The notes beneath the pieces were generated by a model. That model ran no database searches and had not been told where the DNA came from. It saw only the letters and a program-made list of their open reading frames with translations. Positions 26,486-37,627 of a DNA stretch of 64,000 nt are shown here, one piece after another. Numbering within the stretch: the first letter of the stretch is position 1; each line of letters starts with the position of its first letter. The stretch comes from Candidatus Latescibacterota bacterium (GTDB lineage Bacteria; Latescibacterota; UBA2968; UBA8231), in the NCBI GenBank assembly GCA_964291625.2, contig OZ220089.1:1920001-1984000 (forward strand), written 5' to 3'. Both the position numbers and the translations under genes were made by a program.

Positions 26486-27442
26486 ATGACGACCGGCATC
26501 CACGGCCACGTGACGGAGATGATCGGCGGCACGCCGCTGATCCGCCTGCGCCACCTGTCGCCCGAGGGCGGGGCGACGATCCTCGGCAAGATGGAGTACC
26601 TCAACCCCGGCGGCAGCGTCAAGGACCGCATCGCCCTGAGCATGGTGCGCGACGCCGAGGCCCGCGGCGTGCTCGAGCCGGAGACGACGATCGTCGAGGC
26701 CACCAGCGGCAACACCGGCATCGGCCTGGCTATGCTCTGCGCCAGCCTGGGGTACCGCCTGATCCTGACCATGCCCGAGACGATGAGCTTCGAGCGCCGC
26801 GCCCTGGTGACCCGCTACGGCGCCGAGGTGGTGCTCACCCCGGGGGACCAGGACATGGCCGGCGCCGTGCGGAAGGCCGGCGAGATCATCGCCCGCAACC
26901 CGAACTGCCTGGAGCTGCGCCAGTTCGAGAACCCCGCCAACCCGGAGGTCCACCGGCGCACCACGGGCCCCGAGATCCTCGAGGCCACCGGGGGGAAGAT
27001 CGACGCCTTCGTCACCGGCGTCGGCACCGGCGGCACGATCACCGGCGCCGGCCAGGTGCTCAAGGACGCCGTCGACGGCCTCGAGATCGTCGCCGTCGAG
27101 CCGGCGGCCTCGGCCGTGCTCTCCGGCGGCCAGGCCGGGCCCCACGCCATCGAGGGGATCGGCGCCGGCTTCGTGCCTTCGATCCTCAACCGCGAGATCA
27201 TCGACCGCGTCCTCACCGTGGAGGACCGCGACGCCTTCGACATGACCGAGGCCCTGGCCAGCCGCGAGTCGCTCCTGGTCGGCATCTCCTCGGGGGCCAA
27301 CGTCGTCGCCGCGCGGCGGGTCGCCGAGGAGCTGCCCCCGGAGGCCACGGTGGTCACCGTCCTGTGCGACACGGGTACCCGCTACTTCTCGGTGGCCGAG
27401 TACTTCCGCGACCGCGACGCCCTCGGCGGCGGCTGGCTCTGA
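26486..27442 (+). CDS. cysK: Cysteine synthase A (O-acetylserine sulfhydrylase)
   Basis: IGGTPL, NPGGSVKDRIA, EATSGNTG, GVGTGGTITG, IEGIGAGFVP, GISSGAN. Confidence 0.95.
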   Translation: MTTGIHGHVTEMIGGTPLIRLRHLSPEGGATILGKMEYLNPGGSVKDRIALSMVRDAEARGVLEPETTIVEATSGNTGIGLAMLCASLGYRLILTMPETMSFERRALVTRYGAEVVLTPGDQDMAGAVRKAGEIIARNPNCLELRQFENPANPEVHRRTTGPEILEATGGKIDAFVTGVGTGGTITGAGQVLKDAVDGLEIVAVEPAASAVLSGGQAGPHAIEGIGAGFVPSILNREIIDRVLTVEDRDAFDMTEALASRESLLVGISSGANVVAARRVAEELPPEATVVTVLCDTGTRYFSVAEYFRDRDALGGGWL

Positions 27443-27455
27443 GGGCGGCGGTCCG

Positions 27456-28598
27456 GTGGCCATTCAGCGCACGGAGAGAGCCTTCGAGAGCCGCTTCCGG
27501 CGCCAGCTGGCGCAGTGGCACCGCGGCCATCCCGCGCCGGGGGTCCTCCTCTGCGGCGTCCTGGCCTGGCTCGCCTTCGAGCTGCGGGACCTGCCCTGGC
27601 CGCCCTTCACCCTCGCCGGCGGCCAGCATCCCCTGAGCCCGGTGCTGCTGGCCCTGCTCCTCGGCATGGCCCTGCGGAACCTGGTGCCGGCCACGGCCGG
27701 CCTTAAGCCCGGCGCCGACTTCGTCATCCGCCGGGTGCTGCTCGCCGGCATCGTCCTCCTGGGGGCCAGTCTCGACTTCCACGACCTGGTCCGCATCGGT
27801 CTCGGCGTACTCGCCGGCGTCGTCGTCCTCATCGTGCTCATCGTGCTGCTGGCCCGGGCCCTGGCCCCCCGCTTCGGCCTGGGGCGCAAGCTGGCCCTGC
27901 TCCTGGGCCTGGGCACGGCGATCTGCGGCACCTCGGCGATCGTCGCCGCGGCGCCGGTCCTGGAGTGCGAGGAGCGGGAGGTGGCGGTCTCGGTGGCCAC
28001 CGTCAACCTGTTGGGCGTGACGGCCATGCTCGCCTTTCCCGCCCTGGCCGCGGTGCTGGCCCTGTCGCCGGAGATCTACGGGCTCTGGTGCGGGCTGGCG
28101 ATCCACGCCACGCCCCAGGTGCTGGCCGCCGGCTTCGCCCACCCGGGGGACGGCCAGACGGCCGGCGAGGTGGCCACCATCGTCAAGCTGGTCCGCATCT
28201 CGATGCTGGGGCCGGCGGTGCTCGTCCTCGGCGCCCTCTACGCCCGCCACCGCCGGCGCCAGACGGCCTACGTCGGCCGCCGGGTCGACTACTCGGGCCT
28301 GGTACCCGGGTTCCTGCTGCTCTTCGTGCTCGCCGCCTTCCTGCGCACCACGGGGTTCCTGCCCGACGTCACCTTCCACATGACCGACCGCTTCCTCTTC
28401 GGCGAGGGGGACCGCACCTGGAACCTGGCGCAGCTGGCCTCCGGCGCGGCCGGGTGGCTGATCACCGCCGCCATGGCCGCCGTCGGCCTGATGACGCAGC
28501 TGCGCGCCCTGGCCGTGGGCGGCGCCCGGCCCTTCGGCCTGGGGCTGGCCTGCAGCCTGGTGCTGGCCGTCCTCGGCCTCGCCTACGCGGCGGTCTGA
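27456..28598 (+). CDS. YeiH/UPF0324 putative sulfate-exporter family membrane protein
   Basis: Multiple TM helices; GTAICGTSAIVA, IHATPQV, ATIVKLVR, AMAAVGL. Confidence 0.88.
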   Translation: MAIQRTERAFESRFRRQLAQWHRGHPAPGVLLCGVLAWLAFELRDLPWPPFTLAGGQHPLSPVLLALLLGMALRNLVPATAGLKPGADFVIRRVLLAGIVLLGASLDFHDLVRIGLGVLAGVVVLIVLIVLLARALAPRFGLGRKLALLLGLGTAICGTSAIVAAAPVLECEEREVAVSVATVNLLGVTAMLAFPALAAVLALSPEIYGLWCGLAIHATPQVLAAGFAHPGDGQTAGEVATIVKLVRISMLGPAVLVLGALYARHRRRQTAYVGRRVDYSGLVPGFLLLFVLAAFLRTTGFLPDVTFHMTDRFLFGEGDRTWNLAQLASGAAGWLITAAMAAVGLMTQLRALAVGGARPFGLGLACSLVLAVLGLAYAAV

Positions 28599-28611
28599 AG
28601 GCCGCCCCGAC

Positions 28612-29193
28612 TCACTCTTCCCCGCGCCGCGGCGACAGCTCCCGGGCCGCGGCCAGCAGCACCTCCCGCGCCAGCCTCACCCGGTATGTCGGATTGACGT
28701 ACTGAAAGCGGACCCGGCCCTCGGTGACGAGGAATACCGCCGGCACGGGCAGCCCCGTCCGGCCCTCGGGCCGGAAGGCGACGCCGTAAGCGTGGGCCAG
28801 CTTCAGCTCGGGGTCGGAGAGCAGGGGCATCCCCAGCCCCCAGTCCACGGCGGTCCTGGCCAGCACCTCCGGTGGATCGATGCATACGGCGATGATGCGG
28901 AATCCCAGCTCGTCCAGCGTATCGGAGTCTGCTTGCAGTTGAACCAACTGCTTGCGGCAGTGCGGTCACCAGTGGGCGCGGTAGAACACCACGACCGCGG
29001 GACCCGCCCTCAGGGCCTCTCCGAGATCGAACGGTTCGCCGGAAGCATCGGGCCACACGCCTCCGGGCGCCTCGCTGCCGATGAGGAGCGGCCGGACCTG
29101 GTCGGGGGCCTCGGGGATCGGGTGCTCGTCGGCGCCGGCCAGGCAGGCCGCCAGCAGCGCGGCACCGATTGGGATCGAGGATCTGGATCGCAT
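28612..29193 (-). CDS. Exported AhpC/TSA (peroxiredoxin-like) selenoprotein with in-frame UGA (UxxC)
   Basis: ORFs 28966-29304 and 28612-28947 are in the same frame, joined by VVVFYRAHW-TGA-PHCRKQL; downstream LLSDPELKLAHAYGV, LPVPAVFLV, YRVRL. Confidence 0.88.
28935..28951 (-). promoter_or_regulatory. Putative bacterial SECIS hairpin
   Basis: mRNA GCAGUUG-GUU-CAACUGC, a perfect 7-bp stem starting 14 nt after the UGA; AT-richer codons than the rest of the gene. Confidence 0.65.
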
Positions 29194-29327
29194 GCGTTGC
29201 ACCTTGTGGGAGGGAGGATGGGGGCGGTTGCGCGAATGATAGGGGACGGGCGCCGGGATGGCAGGGCCGCGGAGCGTCCCGTAGATTCCCCGCCGGCCAA
29301 CCACGGACCCACGTCAGGAGCGAGACG

Positions 29328-30140
29328 ATGACGACGGCCACCCTGCCGGCGGAAGAGAAGCGGACCTTCTTCGAGGAGCACGGCTACCTCGTGCTGGAGG
29401 GCCTGCTCGACGAGGACGAGGTCGAGGCCTGCGCCCGGGAGATCGAGCGTCTGCACGCGCTCGCCGCCGGGCTCCCGGAGGAGGAGCGGCGCCGGCGCAG
29501 CTTCCAGCTGGAGCCCTACGCCGAGGCCGGTGCCGGCGGCGGCCGGCCGGTGCTGCGCAAGATCGAGAAGACCCGGCAGCACTCCGGCGTCTTCCGCGAC
29601 CTCTCCGCCCATCCGCGGCTGCTCGAGACGATCCGCATGCTCATCGGGGACGACCTGCTGCTGTTCCGCAGCACCCTCATGCTCAAGCCCGCCCACCACG
29701 GCTCGGCCCACGCCCTGCACCAGGACTCGCCCTACTGGCCCATGGAGCCGCCCTCGCTGGTGACGGTGAGCATCGCCCTCACCGACAGCGATCCCGGGAA
29801 CGGCTGCATCCAGGTGATCCCGGGCAGCCACAAGTGGGGGCCGCAGCGGTGGGGCCACATCACCCGCCAGCGGGACCAGCCCCTCACCGACCGCGAGGAC
29901 GTCGACATGAGCCAGTGCCGGCAGGTCCCCCTGAAGGCGGGCAGCGCCCTGCTCTTCCACAGCCTGATCGTCCACGGCTCGGGGCCCAACAACAGCCCGA
30001 GGCCGCGGCACACGGCGCTCTACGCCTACTTCCCGCCGACGGTGCGCTACCGGCCGGGCGAGGGCAGGCCACGGGAGATGACCTTCCCCGTCGTCCACGG
30101 GCTCGGCGGCCGCACCGAGCTGACCCTGAGCGCCGACTGA
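29328..30140 (+). CDS. Phytanoyl-CoA dioxygenase (PhyH) family Fe(II)/2OG oxygenase
   Basis: FFEEHGYLVL, LHQDSPYW (HxD), NGCIQVIPGSHK, FHSLIVHGSGPN..R. Confidence 0.92.
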   Translation: MTTATLPAEEKRTFFEEHGYLVLEGLLDEDEVEACAREIERLHALAAGLPEEERRRRSFQLEPYAEAGAGGGRPVLRKIEKTRQHSGVFRDLSAHPRLLETIRMLIGDDLLLFRSTLMLKPAHHGSAHALHQDSPYWPMEPPSLVTVSIALTDSDPGNGCIQVIPGSHKWGPQRWGHITRQRDQPLTDREDVDMSQCRQVPLKAGSALLFHSLIVHGSGPNNSPRPRHTALYAYFPPTVRYRPGEGRPREMTFPVVHGLGGRTELTLSAD

Positions 30141-30159
30141 GCCGCCGGAGGGCCGCCCG

Positions 30160-30981
30160 ATGAAGCTGATCGTGTTCTCGAAGATGCTCTCCACCCTCGG
30201 CGTGGACGAGCTGGGAGACCTCGCCGGCCGCCTCGGCATCGACGGCTACGACCTCGCCGTGAGGCCCGGCCACCCGGTGAATCCGGAGAACGTCTCCGAG
30301 GCCCTGCCGGCGGCGGCCGAGAGCCTGCGGCGGCGGGGGTTCGACATCCCCCTGATCACGGCCGACACCGGCTTGGTCGACCCCGGCGCTCCCGGGGCGG
30401 AGCCGCTGCTCGAAGCGATGGCCAGGGCCGGGGTGCCGCGGGTGAAGCTCGGCTACTTCAAACTCGATCCCGCCGCCGACTACTGGGAGGCCGTCGACGC
30501 CGGCCGCGACAGGCTGTCCCGCTGGGGAGAGCTGGCCGCCGCCCACGGCGTGCAGGTCGTCTACCACACCCACTCGAACCGCTGCCTGGGGCTGAATGCC
30601 GGCATGCTCGCCCACCTGCTGCGCGGCCTCGACCCCGCCCGGGTCGGCGCCTACCTCGACACGGGGCATCTCGTCGGCGAGGGCGAGGAGTTCGCCGTGG
30701 CCCTGGCCATCCACCGGGAACACCTGTCGGCGGTGGCCCTGAAGGACTTCCTGCTGCGCCGCGAGGAGCGCCACGGCCACGGCCGCAAGGTCCGGGACGT
30801 GGTCGAGGCCGGGCAGGGGATGGCCGATTTCACCGCCGTCTTCGAGATCCTGCGCGACCACGGCTACGGCGGCCCGGCGTCGATTCACTGCGAGTTCCAC
30901 CTCCCCGCCGACGGGTTCGACGCGGCCGTGGCGCGGGAGGCGGGGTTCTTCGTCGGCCTGCGGCGCCGCGTCTTCGGCTAG
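30160..30981 (+). CDS. Sugar phosphate isomerase/epimerase (AP_endonuc_2 TIM barrel)
   Basis: DGYDLAVRPGHPV, YHTHS, YLDTGH, LKDF, SIHCEF. Confidence 0.85.
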   Translation: MKLIVFSKMLSTLGVDELGDLAGRLGIDGYDLAVRPGHPVNPENVSEALPAAAESLRRRGFDIPLITADTGLVDPGAPGAEPLLEAMARAGVPRVKLGYFKLDPAADYWEAVDAGRDRLSRWGELAAAHGVQVVYHTHSNRCLGLNAGMLAHLLRGLDPARVGAYLDTGHLVGEGEEFAVALAIHREHLSAVALKDFLLRREERHGHGRKVRDVVEAGQGMADFTAVFEILRDHGYGGPASIHCEFHLPADGFDAAVAREAGFFVGLRRRVFG

Positions 30982-30996
30982 GCCCGGCGCGACCCC

Positions 30997-31746
30997 TTGC
31001 CCAGGCGCGGTCTCACCCTGCTGGTGATTCCCGAGGAGGGCGGGACCACCTACGAGTTCAAGGTCGCCCGCATCTACCTGTGGGGCCTGGGCCTCGTCGC
31101 CGCCGGCCTCGTGGGACTCCTCGTCGTCGGCTGGCGCGCCCACCAGAGGGCCGACTACCTGGCGCAGCGGGTCGAGCGGCTGGAGCACGACCGGGCGATC
31201 CTCGCCGAGGAGGTGGCCTCCATCGTCGAGCTCGAGGAGATCCTCCAGGGGCTCAAGACCCGCAACGACCAGCTGCGCATGCTCACGGCCGAGGCCTTCG
31301 GCCTCCAGGGGGCTGAAGCCCCGGCGCCGCCACCCCAGGAGCGGCAGGCCTACATCCCCCTGACCCACCGTCTCCGCTACGGGAGCCTGAGCTCGGTGCC
31401 GACCCTGAAGCCGGTGCGCACCCCCGCCTGGGACCCCACGGACCAGGGCGTGCTGCTGCTGGCCCCGGGCGGCACCCTGGTGCGGGCCAGCGCCGCGGGA
31501 CGGGTCGACCGGACGCGCTTCGACCTCTCCTCGAGATGGTACGAGGTGAGTCTCGATCACGGCCACGGCCTCATGACGAGCTACGCCGGGATCGGCGCCA
31601 TGGCCGTCGAGGCCGGGGACTACGTGCACAAGGGCCAGCCCCTCGGGCTGACCGCCCGGCCGCCGGAAGCGCCCCCCGGGCTCCGCTTCCAGGTCCTGGA
31701 GCAGGGCCGCGACCGCACCTCCGTCTGTCGGCAGCTCTGGTTGTGA
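30997..31746 (+). CDS. Membrane-anchored coiled-coil protein with degenerate M23 peptidase domain
   Basis: N-terminal TM, coiled coil, APGGTLVRASAAGRV, LDHGHGLMTSY, VEAGDYVHKGQPLG; Zn-binding His residues missing. Confidence 0.75.
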   Translation: MPRRGLTLLVIPEEGGTTYEFKVARIYLWGLGLVAAGLVGLLVVGWRAHQRADYLAQRVERLEHDRAILAEEVASIVELEEILQGLKTRNDQLRMLTAEAFGLQGAEAPAPPPQERQAYIPLTHRLRYGSLSSVPTLKPVRTPAWDPTDQGVLLLAPGGTLVRASAAGRVDRTRFDLSSRWYEVSLDHGHGLMTSYAGIGAMAVEAGDYVHKGQPLGLTARPPEAPPGLRFQVLEQGRDRTSVCRQLWL

Positions 31747-31787
31747 GGGGCTGAGGGGGGCCTTCCCCGGCCTCGGCGGTACATGCA

Positions 31788-31821
31788 GAAGGGGTCCACC
31801 GGACGACCGGTGGACCCCTTC
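31788..31821. terminator. Strong hairpin between the convergent M23-like gene and groEL (intrinsic terminator)
   Basis: GAAGGGGTCCACCGG-acga-CCGGTGGACCCCTTC, 15-bp perfect stem. Confidence 0.8.
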
Positions 31822-31858
31822 CTTGTCGATCGCGCGGTGCAGCCGAAGCTGCCCGCTC

Positions 31859-33520
<1,662 letters not shown>

Positions 33521-33532
33521 TTACGAGAGTCC

Positions 33533-33559
33533 GTAGCACTCCCGCTACGAGAGTGCTAC
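33533..33559. promoter_or_regulatory. CIRCE element (HrcA operator)
   Basis: GTAGCACTC-N9-GAGTGCTAC versus consensus TTAGCACTC-N9-GAGTGCTAA, ~50 bp upstream of groEL. Confidence 0.9.
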
Positions 33560-33854
33560 ACGCCTTTTCTCAGTCCGAGAAGTTACCGCGAGAGTGTGGG
33601 GAGCGCAAGCGCCGCTTGGCAGGCGCACTCCCCCCCGGGGCGAGCCCGCCCGGCACTCCCCAACCCCCGGCTCTTCCGGAAGCCCCCGGGCGGCCACGGC
33701 CGGACCGGGCGCCCGGACCCGCCAACGGCCGCATGGCCGCGCGGGCCCCGGCGCGGCGGGCACCCCGGTTGCCGGGAAATCCCGGACCGGCTATCTTCCA
33801 CGGCTGCGAAAATCCCCCATTCCTTCAACGAAAACAACAACTTAGCGGACCCTC

Positions 33855-35225
33855 ATGATCGACCTGCTCGACATCGCCCGCACCGAGGCCGCCGGCGGCG
33901 ACCTCCTCGGCCTCCTCGAGGGGCTCTTCGAGTCCAGCGAGGTACGCCCCGAAGGCTATCCCGACGCCGTCATCTGGCAGGGCGGCAACCACGATGCCGG
34001 GGTGGCCCCCGTGGCCCACTCCCTCACCGACGCCTATGCCCTCCTCGGCACCCTCTCCGCCCTCGACGTCCTTGGACTGCCCTGCTACGGCGTCCCCATG
34101 TGGGCCCAGTACCGCCACGACCTCGATCTGGCCCCGCTCGCCTGGTTCGGGAACATGCCGTGCACGTCGATCAAGTGGTCCACCGCCGGCGACGCCTACG
34201 TCAACGACGGCCGCGGCGGCCGCGTGGTGGTGAAGGGCAAGTCCGGCAACGCCCAGCTGCGGACCCAGGCCGGGGTCTACTGCAACGTGCGCCCCTACGG
34301 GACGATCACCGTGGTGCGCTGCATGCCCTGCCTGCCGTACTCCCAGGACCGGGCCCGTTTCGCCGTCGACGGAGGGACCGGCCACATCCACTCCGAGATG
34401 AACACGCCGGGGATCCAGATGGCCTACGCCAACCGGCGGTTCCTGCAGATGGTGCACGAGACCGGCCGCCTGGGGCGCGTCGCCTTCAAGCCGACCCAGG
34501 CCATGGAGGACGGCATCAACGCCGGCCTGTTGTCGTGGCTGCTGCAGGACACGCGCTTCGAGGTGGGCCGCAAGTACGCCGTCGACGGCTACGTGGAGCA
34601 CCGCGAGCACGTGGACCGCATCATCTCCCTCCTGCCGCCGGACTTCAAGTCCGGCATGGAGAGCTGGGGTGGCCGCATCGAGCAGCACATCGCCGACACC
34701 AGCTACGGCCTGCTGCTCTGGGACCTCATCAACAAGGAGGAGGTCATCGTCCTGGCCACCGACCTCGACGGCGACCGCCTCACCGACCTGCTCGCCGATG
34801 TCTCCGACCCGCTGCGCCACTTCGGGCAGCTCGTCGTCGACCACGTCGGCTCCGGGGCGAGGATGGACGACATCTGGGGCCGCATGGGCTACACCACCGG
34901 CAACGGCCGCGACATGACCTCGGTCATGCACCGCATGGCCGGCCCCCCCATCCACGAGCAGACCCTGGGTTCCGCCGACGCCATGCTCCAGAGGCTCCTC
35001 GACGGCGACGAGTCCATGGGCGGCACCAAGCGGCCCTACGACCCGCGCATCCACTTCGTCCTCATCCGCGACGCCTATCTCGACGCGAACCCCGGCCACA
35101 CCGAGCTGCGCCAGTGGCTCGACCGCTCCCTGGACGCCTTCGACGAGGTCTACGGGGGCACCCGGCCCGGGTTCCTCGAGGGCTACCGCAGCCTGAAAGA
35201 GGCGATCGCCCCCTGGGGGTCCTGA
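33855..35225 (+). CDS. Highly divergent isocitrate/isopropylmalate dehydrogenase-family protein
   Basis: [68 protein letters not shown] align by eye with IDH active-site motifs. Confidence 0.7.
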   Translation: MIDLLDIARTEAAGGDLLGLLEGLFESSEVRPEGYPDAVIWQGGNHDAGVAPVAHSLTDAYALLGTLSALDVLGLPCYGVPMWAQYRHDLDLAPLAWFGNMPCTSIKWSTAGDAYVNDGRGGRVVVKGKSGNAQLRTQAGVYCNVRPYGTITVVRCMPCLPYSQDRARFAVDGGTGHIHSEMNTPGIQMAYANRRFLQMVHETGRLGRVAFKPTQAMEDGINAGLLSWLLQDTRFEVGRKYAVDGYVEHREHVDRIISLLPPDFKSGMESWGGRIEQHIADTSYGLLLWDLINKEEVIVLATDLDGDRLTDLLADVSDPLRHFGQLVVDHVGSGARMDDIWGRMGYTTGNGRDMTSVMHRMAGPPIHEQTLGSADAMLQRLLDGDESMGGTKRPYDPRIHFVLIRDAYLDANPGHTELRQWLDRSLDAFDEVYGGTRPGFLEGYRSLKEAIAPWGS

Positions 35226-35226
35226 C

Positions 35227-35703
35227 GTGGCCGACTCCGGACGCCTGACCCACCTCGACGAGTCGGGCCGCGTGAAGATGGTGGACATCTCCGGAAAGCC
35301 GGTGAGCGAGCGCCTGGCCCGCGCCGGCGGCCGCATCCGCATGCGCCCGGCCACGGTGCGCCGCATCTCGGAACAGACCGTGGCCAAGGGCAACGTCCTG
35401 GAGACGGCGCGCATCGCCGGGATCCAGGCCGCCAAGAGGACGGCGGACCTCATCCCCCTCTGCCACTCCCTCAACCTGACCGCCGTCGAGGTGGAGTTCA
35501 CCCTCGGCGAGGACCGCGTCGAGGTGGAGACCGCGGCGAGGCTGGCGGACCGCACCGGCGTGGAGATGGAGGCCCTCACGGCCGCCGCCGTGGCCCTGCT
35601 GACGATCTACGACATGTGCAAGGGCGTCGACCGCGAGATGGTGATCGACGAAGTGCGCCTGCTGGAGAAGCGGGGCGGCGCCGGCGGCGACTACGCGCGC
35701 TGA
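35227..35703 (+). CDS. moaC: Cyclic pyranopterin monophosphate synthase
   Basis: [45 protein letters not shown]. Confidence 0.97.
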   Translation: MADSGRLTHLDESGRVKMVDISGKPVSERLARAGGRIRMRPATVRRISEQTVAKGNVLETARIAGIQAAKRTADLIPLCHSLNLTAVEVEFTLGEDRVEVETAARLADRTGVEMEALTAAAVALLTIYDMCKGVDREMVIDEVRLLEKRGGAGGDYAR

Positions 35704-35719
35704 CCGCGGTCCCCGGACG

Positions 35720-36646
35720 TCACCCCAGGAGGCCGGCCAGCTTGAGTAGCACCGCCTTCTGGCTGTGCATGCGGTTCTCGGCCTGGTCGAAGACCACCGA
35801 GCGCGGGTCCTCCACCAGCTCCGCCTCGATCTCGTAGCCCCGGTGGGCGGGCAGGCAGTGCATGATCAGCGGGTCGAGGCCGCGGAGCAGGTCGCGGCTC
35901 AACTGATAGGGCCGCAGGGCCCGCAGGCGCCGCTCCTTCTCGGCGGCGAAGGCGGGATCGTCGAAGTACTCCATGTCGAGCCAGGTGTCGGTGTAGACCA
36001 CGTCGCAGCCGGCCACTCCTTCCGCCGGATCGTCGGTCTCCACGTAGCGGCCGGAGGCCCGCGCCTCGGCCAGCAGCCCGTCGTCGACGGCGGCCTCGTT
36101 CACCTCGGGGGCGACGACGGTGACGTGCATGCCGGTCTTGAGGCCGGCGGCGATGAGCGAGTTCGTGACGTTGTTGCGGACACCGATGTAGGTGAGGCGC
36201 ACCCCCTCCAGACGGCCGAGCTTCTCCTGCACCGTCTGCAGGTCGCACAAGGCCTGCAGCGGATGGTAGCGGTCGCAGCAGCCGTTCATCACCGGCGCCT
36301 CGGCGGAGGCCGCCGCCGTGACCACGTCGGCGTGGTCCAGGAAGCGCACCAGGAGGAAGTCGAAGTAGCGCCCCAGGACGCGGATCTCGTCGGCCAGGTG
36401 GGCGAGACCGAAGTTGGTGGCCCGCCAGTCGAGGTAGACCGAGTGTCCGCCGAGCTGCGCCATGCCGACCTCGCCGGAGCAGCGAGTCCGCGTCGAGGTC
36501 TTCTGGAACAGCAGCGCCAGGGAGCGGCCCTTCAGAGCCTCGATGAAGGCCCCGGGGTCCGCCTTCAGGTGCCGGCCGGCGTCGACGACCTGGAGGATCT
36601 CCGCGGCGCTCCAGTCCTTGAGCGTCACCAGGTGGCCGGGGTTCAT
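35720..36646 (-). CDS. argF: Ornithine carbamoyltransferase
   Basis: FQKTSTRTR, YHPLQAL, NNV, VVYTDTW, MHCLPAHRG, DQAENRMH. Confidence 0.9.
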   Translation of the reverse strand: MNPGHLVTLKDWSAAEILQVVDAGRHLKADPGAFIEALKGRSLALLFQKTSTRTRCSGEVGMAQLGGHSVYLDWRATNFGLAHLADEIRVLGRYFDFLLVRFLDHADVVTAAASAEAPVMNGCCDRYHPLQALCDLQTVQEKLGRLEGVRLTYIGVRNNVTNSLIAAGLKTGMHVTVVAPEVNEAAVDDGLLAEARASGRYVETDDPAEGVAGCDVVYTDTWLDMEYFDDPAFAAEKERRLRALRPYQLSRDLLRGLDPLIMHCLPAHRGYEIEAELVEDPRSVVFDQAENRMHSQKAVLLKLAGLLG

Positions 36647-37620
36647 GGCAACATCTCCTCCACCGCGGCCAGCAGGCGCGACCGCACCGCCCCCGCCTGT
36701 CCCTCGATGCGGCAGCCCGAGGCCTGGGGGTGGCCGCCGCCGCCGAAGCGGCGGGCCACGGCGCTCACGTCCATGTCGTCGTCGCGGGACCTCAGGCTGA
36801 CGCGGAACCGGCCCGGCTCCTCCTCCCGGAGCAGGGCGGCCGCCTCCACCCCCCTCACCATCAGGCCGTAGTTGACGATCGCCTCGGGGTCGCCCAGGGC
36901 CAGGTCCCGCCGGCTCAGCCCCAGGAGGGCGACGCGGTCCCCGCAGTGCAGCTCGAGGGAGTCGATGGCCCGCCCGATCAGCTTGACCGAGCCCAGGGTG
37001 GCGTTGCTGTAGAGGCCGTCGGCGACGCGGTCGAGCCGCGCCCCCCGGCGCCGGAGGTCGGCGCCCACCTCCATCGACGTGGGCGTGGTCAGGGAATAGC
37101 GGAAGCAGCAGGTGTCGAAGAGGAGGCCCGCGGCGAGCAGCTCCGACAGGCTCCGGTCGAGCTCCAGGTCCATGTGCACGGCCAGGTGGTAGAGCATCTC
37201 GCAGGTGGAGGAGACGGCGTCGGAGACCAGGTTCGCCGACCCGAAGCGCTGGTTGTCCGCATGGTGGTCGATGTTGAGCACCGATGCGCCGTCGGCCAGG
37301 CACTCCGCCACCGGGCCGGTGCGCGCTAGGCTGGAGCTGTCGAGGACGATGGCCCGCTGGTGGCCGCCGCCCGCGGCGCCGGCCTCGACGATGCCGCCGG
37401 TCCCCGGGAGAAAGGCGTAGGCGTCGCCGGGCCTCTCCTCGAGGACCGCCGTCGAGGCCTTTCCGAGCTGGCCCAGCAGGCCCTCCATGGCCAGGACCGC
37501 GCCGATGGCGTCGCCGTCGGCGTTGACGTGGGAGGTGACCAGGAAGCCGTCGCCTCCGCGCAGGAAGTCGGCGGCGGCATCGAAATCGGAGACCGGGATC
37601 TCTGTGGGCCGGGCGGGCAT
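36643..37620 (-). CDS. DHH family phosphoesterase (NrnA-like oligoribonuclease/PAP phosphatase)
   Basis: SHVNADGDAIG, NIDHH, GLLFDT, VSLRS, FGGGGHPQASG. Confidence 0.92.
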   Translation of the reverse strand: MPARPTEIPVSDFDAAADFLRGGDGFLVTSHVNADGDAIGAVLAMEGLLGQLGKASTAVLEERPGDAYAFLPGTGGIVEAGAAGGGHQRAIVLDSSSLARTGPVAECLADGASVLNIDHHADNQRFGSANLVSDAVSSTCEMLYHLAVHMDLELDRSLSELLAAGLLFDTCCFRYSLTTPTSMEVGADLRRRGARLDRVADGLYSNATLGSVKLIGRAIDSLELHCGDRVALLGLSRRDLALGDPEAIVNYGLMVRGVEAAALLREEEPGRFRVSLRSRDDDMDVSAVARRFGGGGHPQASGCRIEGQAGAVRSRLLAAVEEMLP

Positions 37621-37627
37621 GGTCGGC

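Noticed and set aside
28966-28968. UGA as a simple nonsense mutation (pseudogene)
   Set aside because: It falls exactly on the catalytic Cys position and is followed by a SECIS-like hairpin, so selenocysteine is more parsimonious, though unproven
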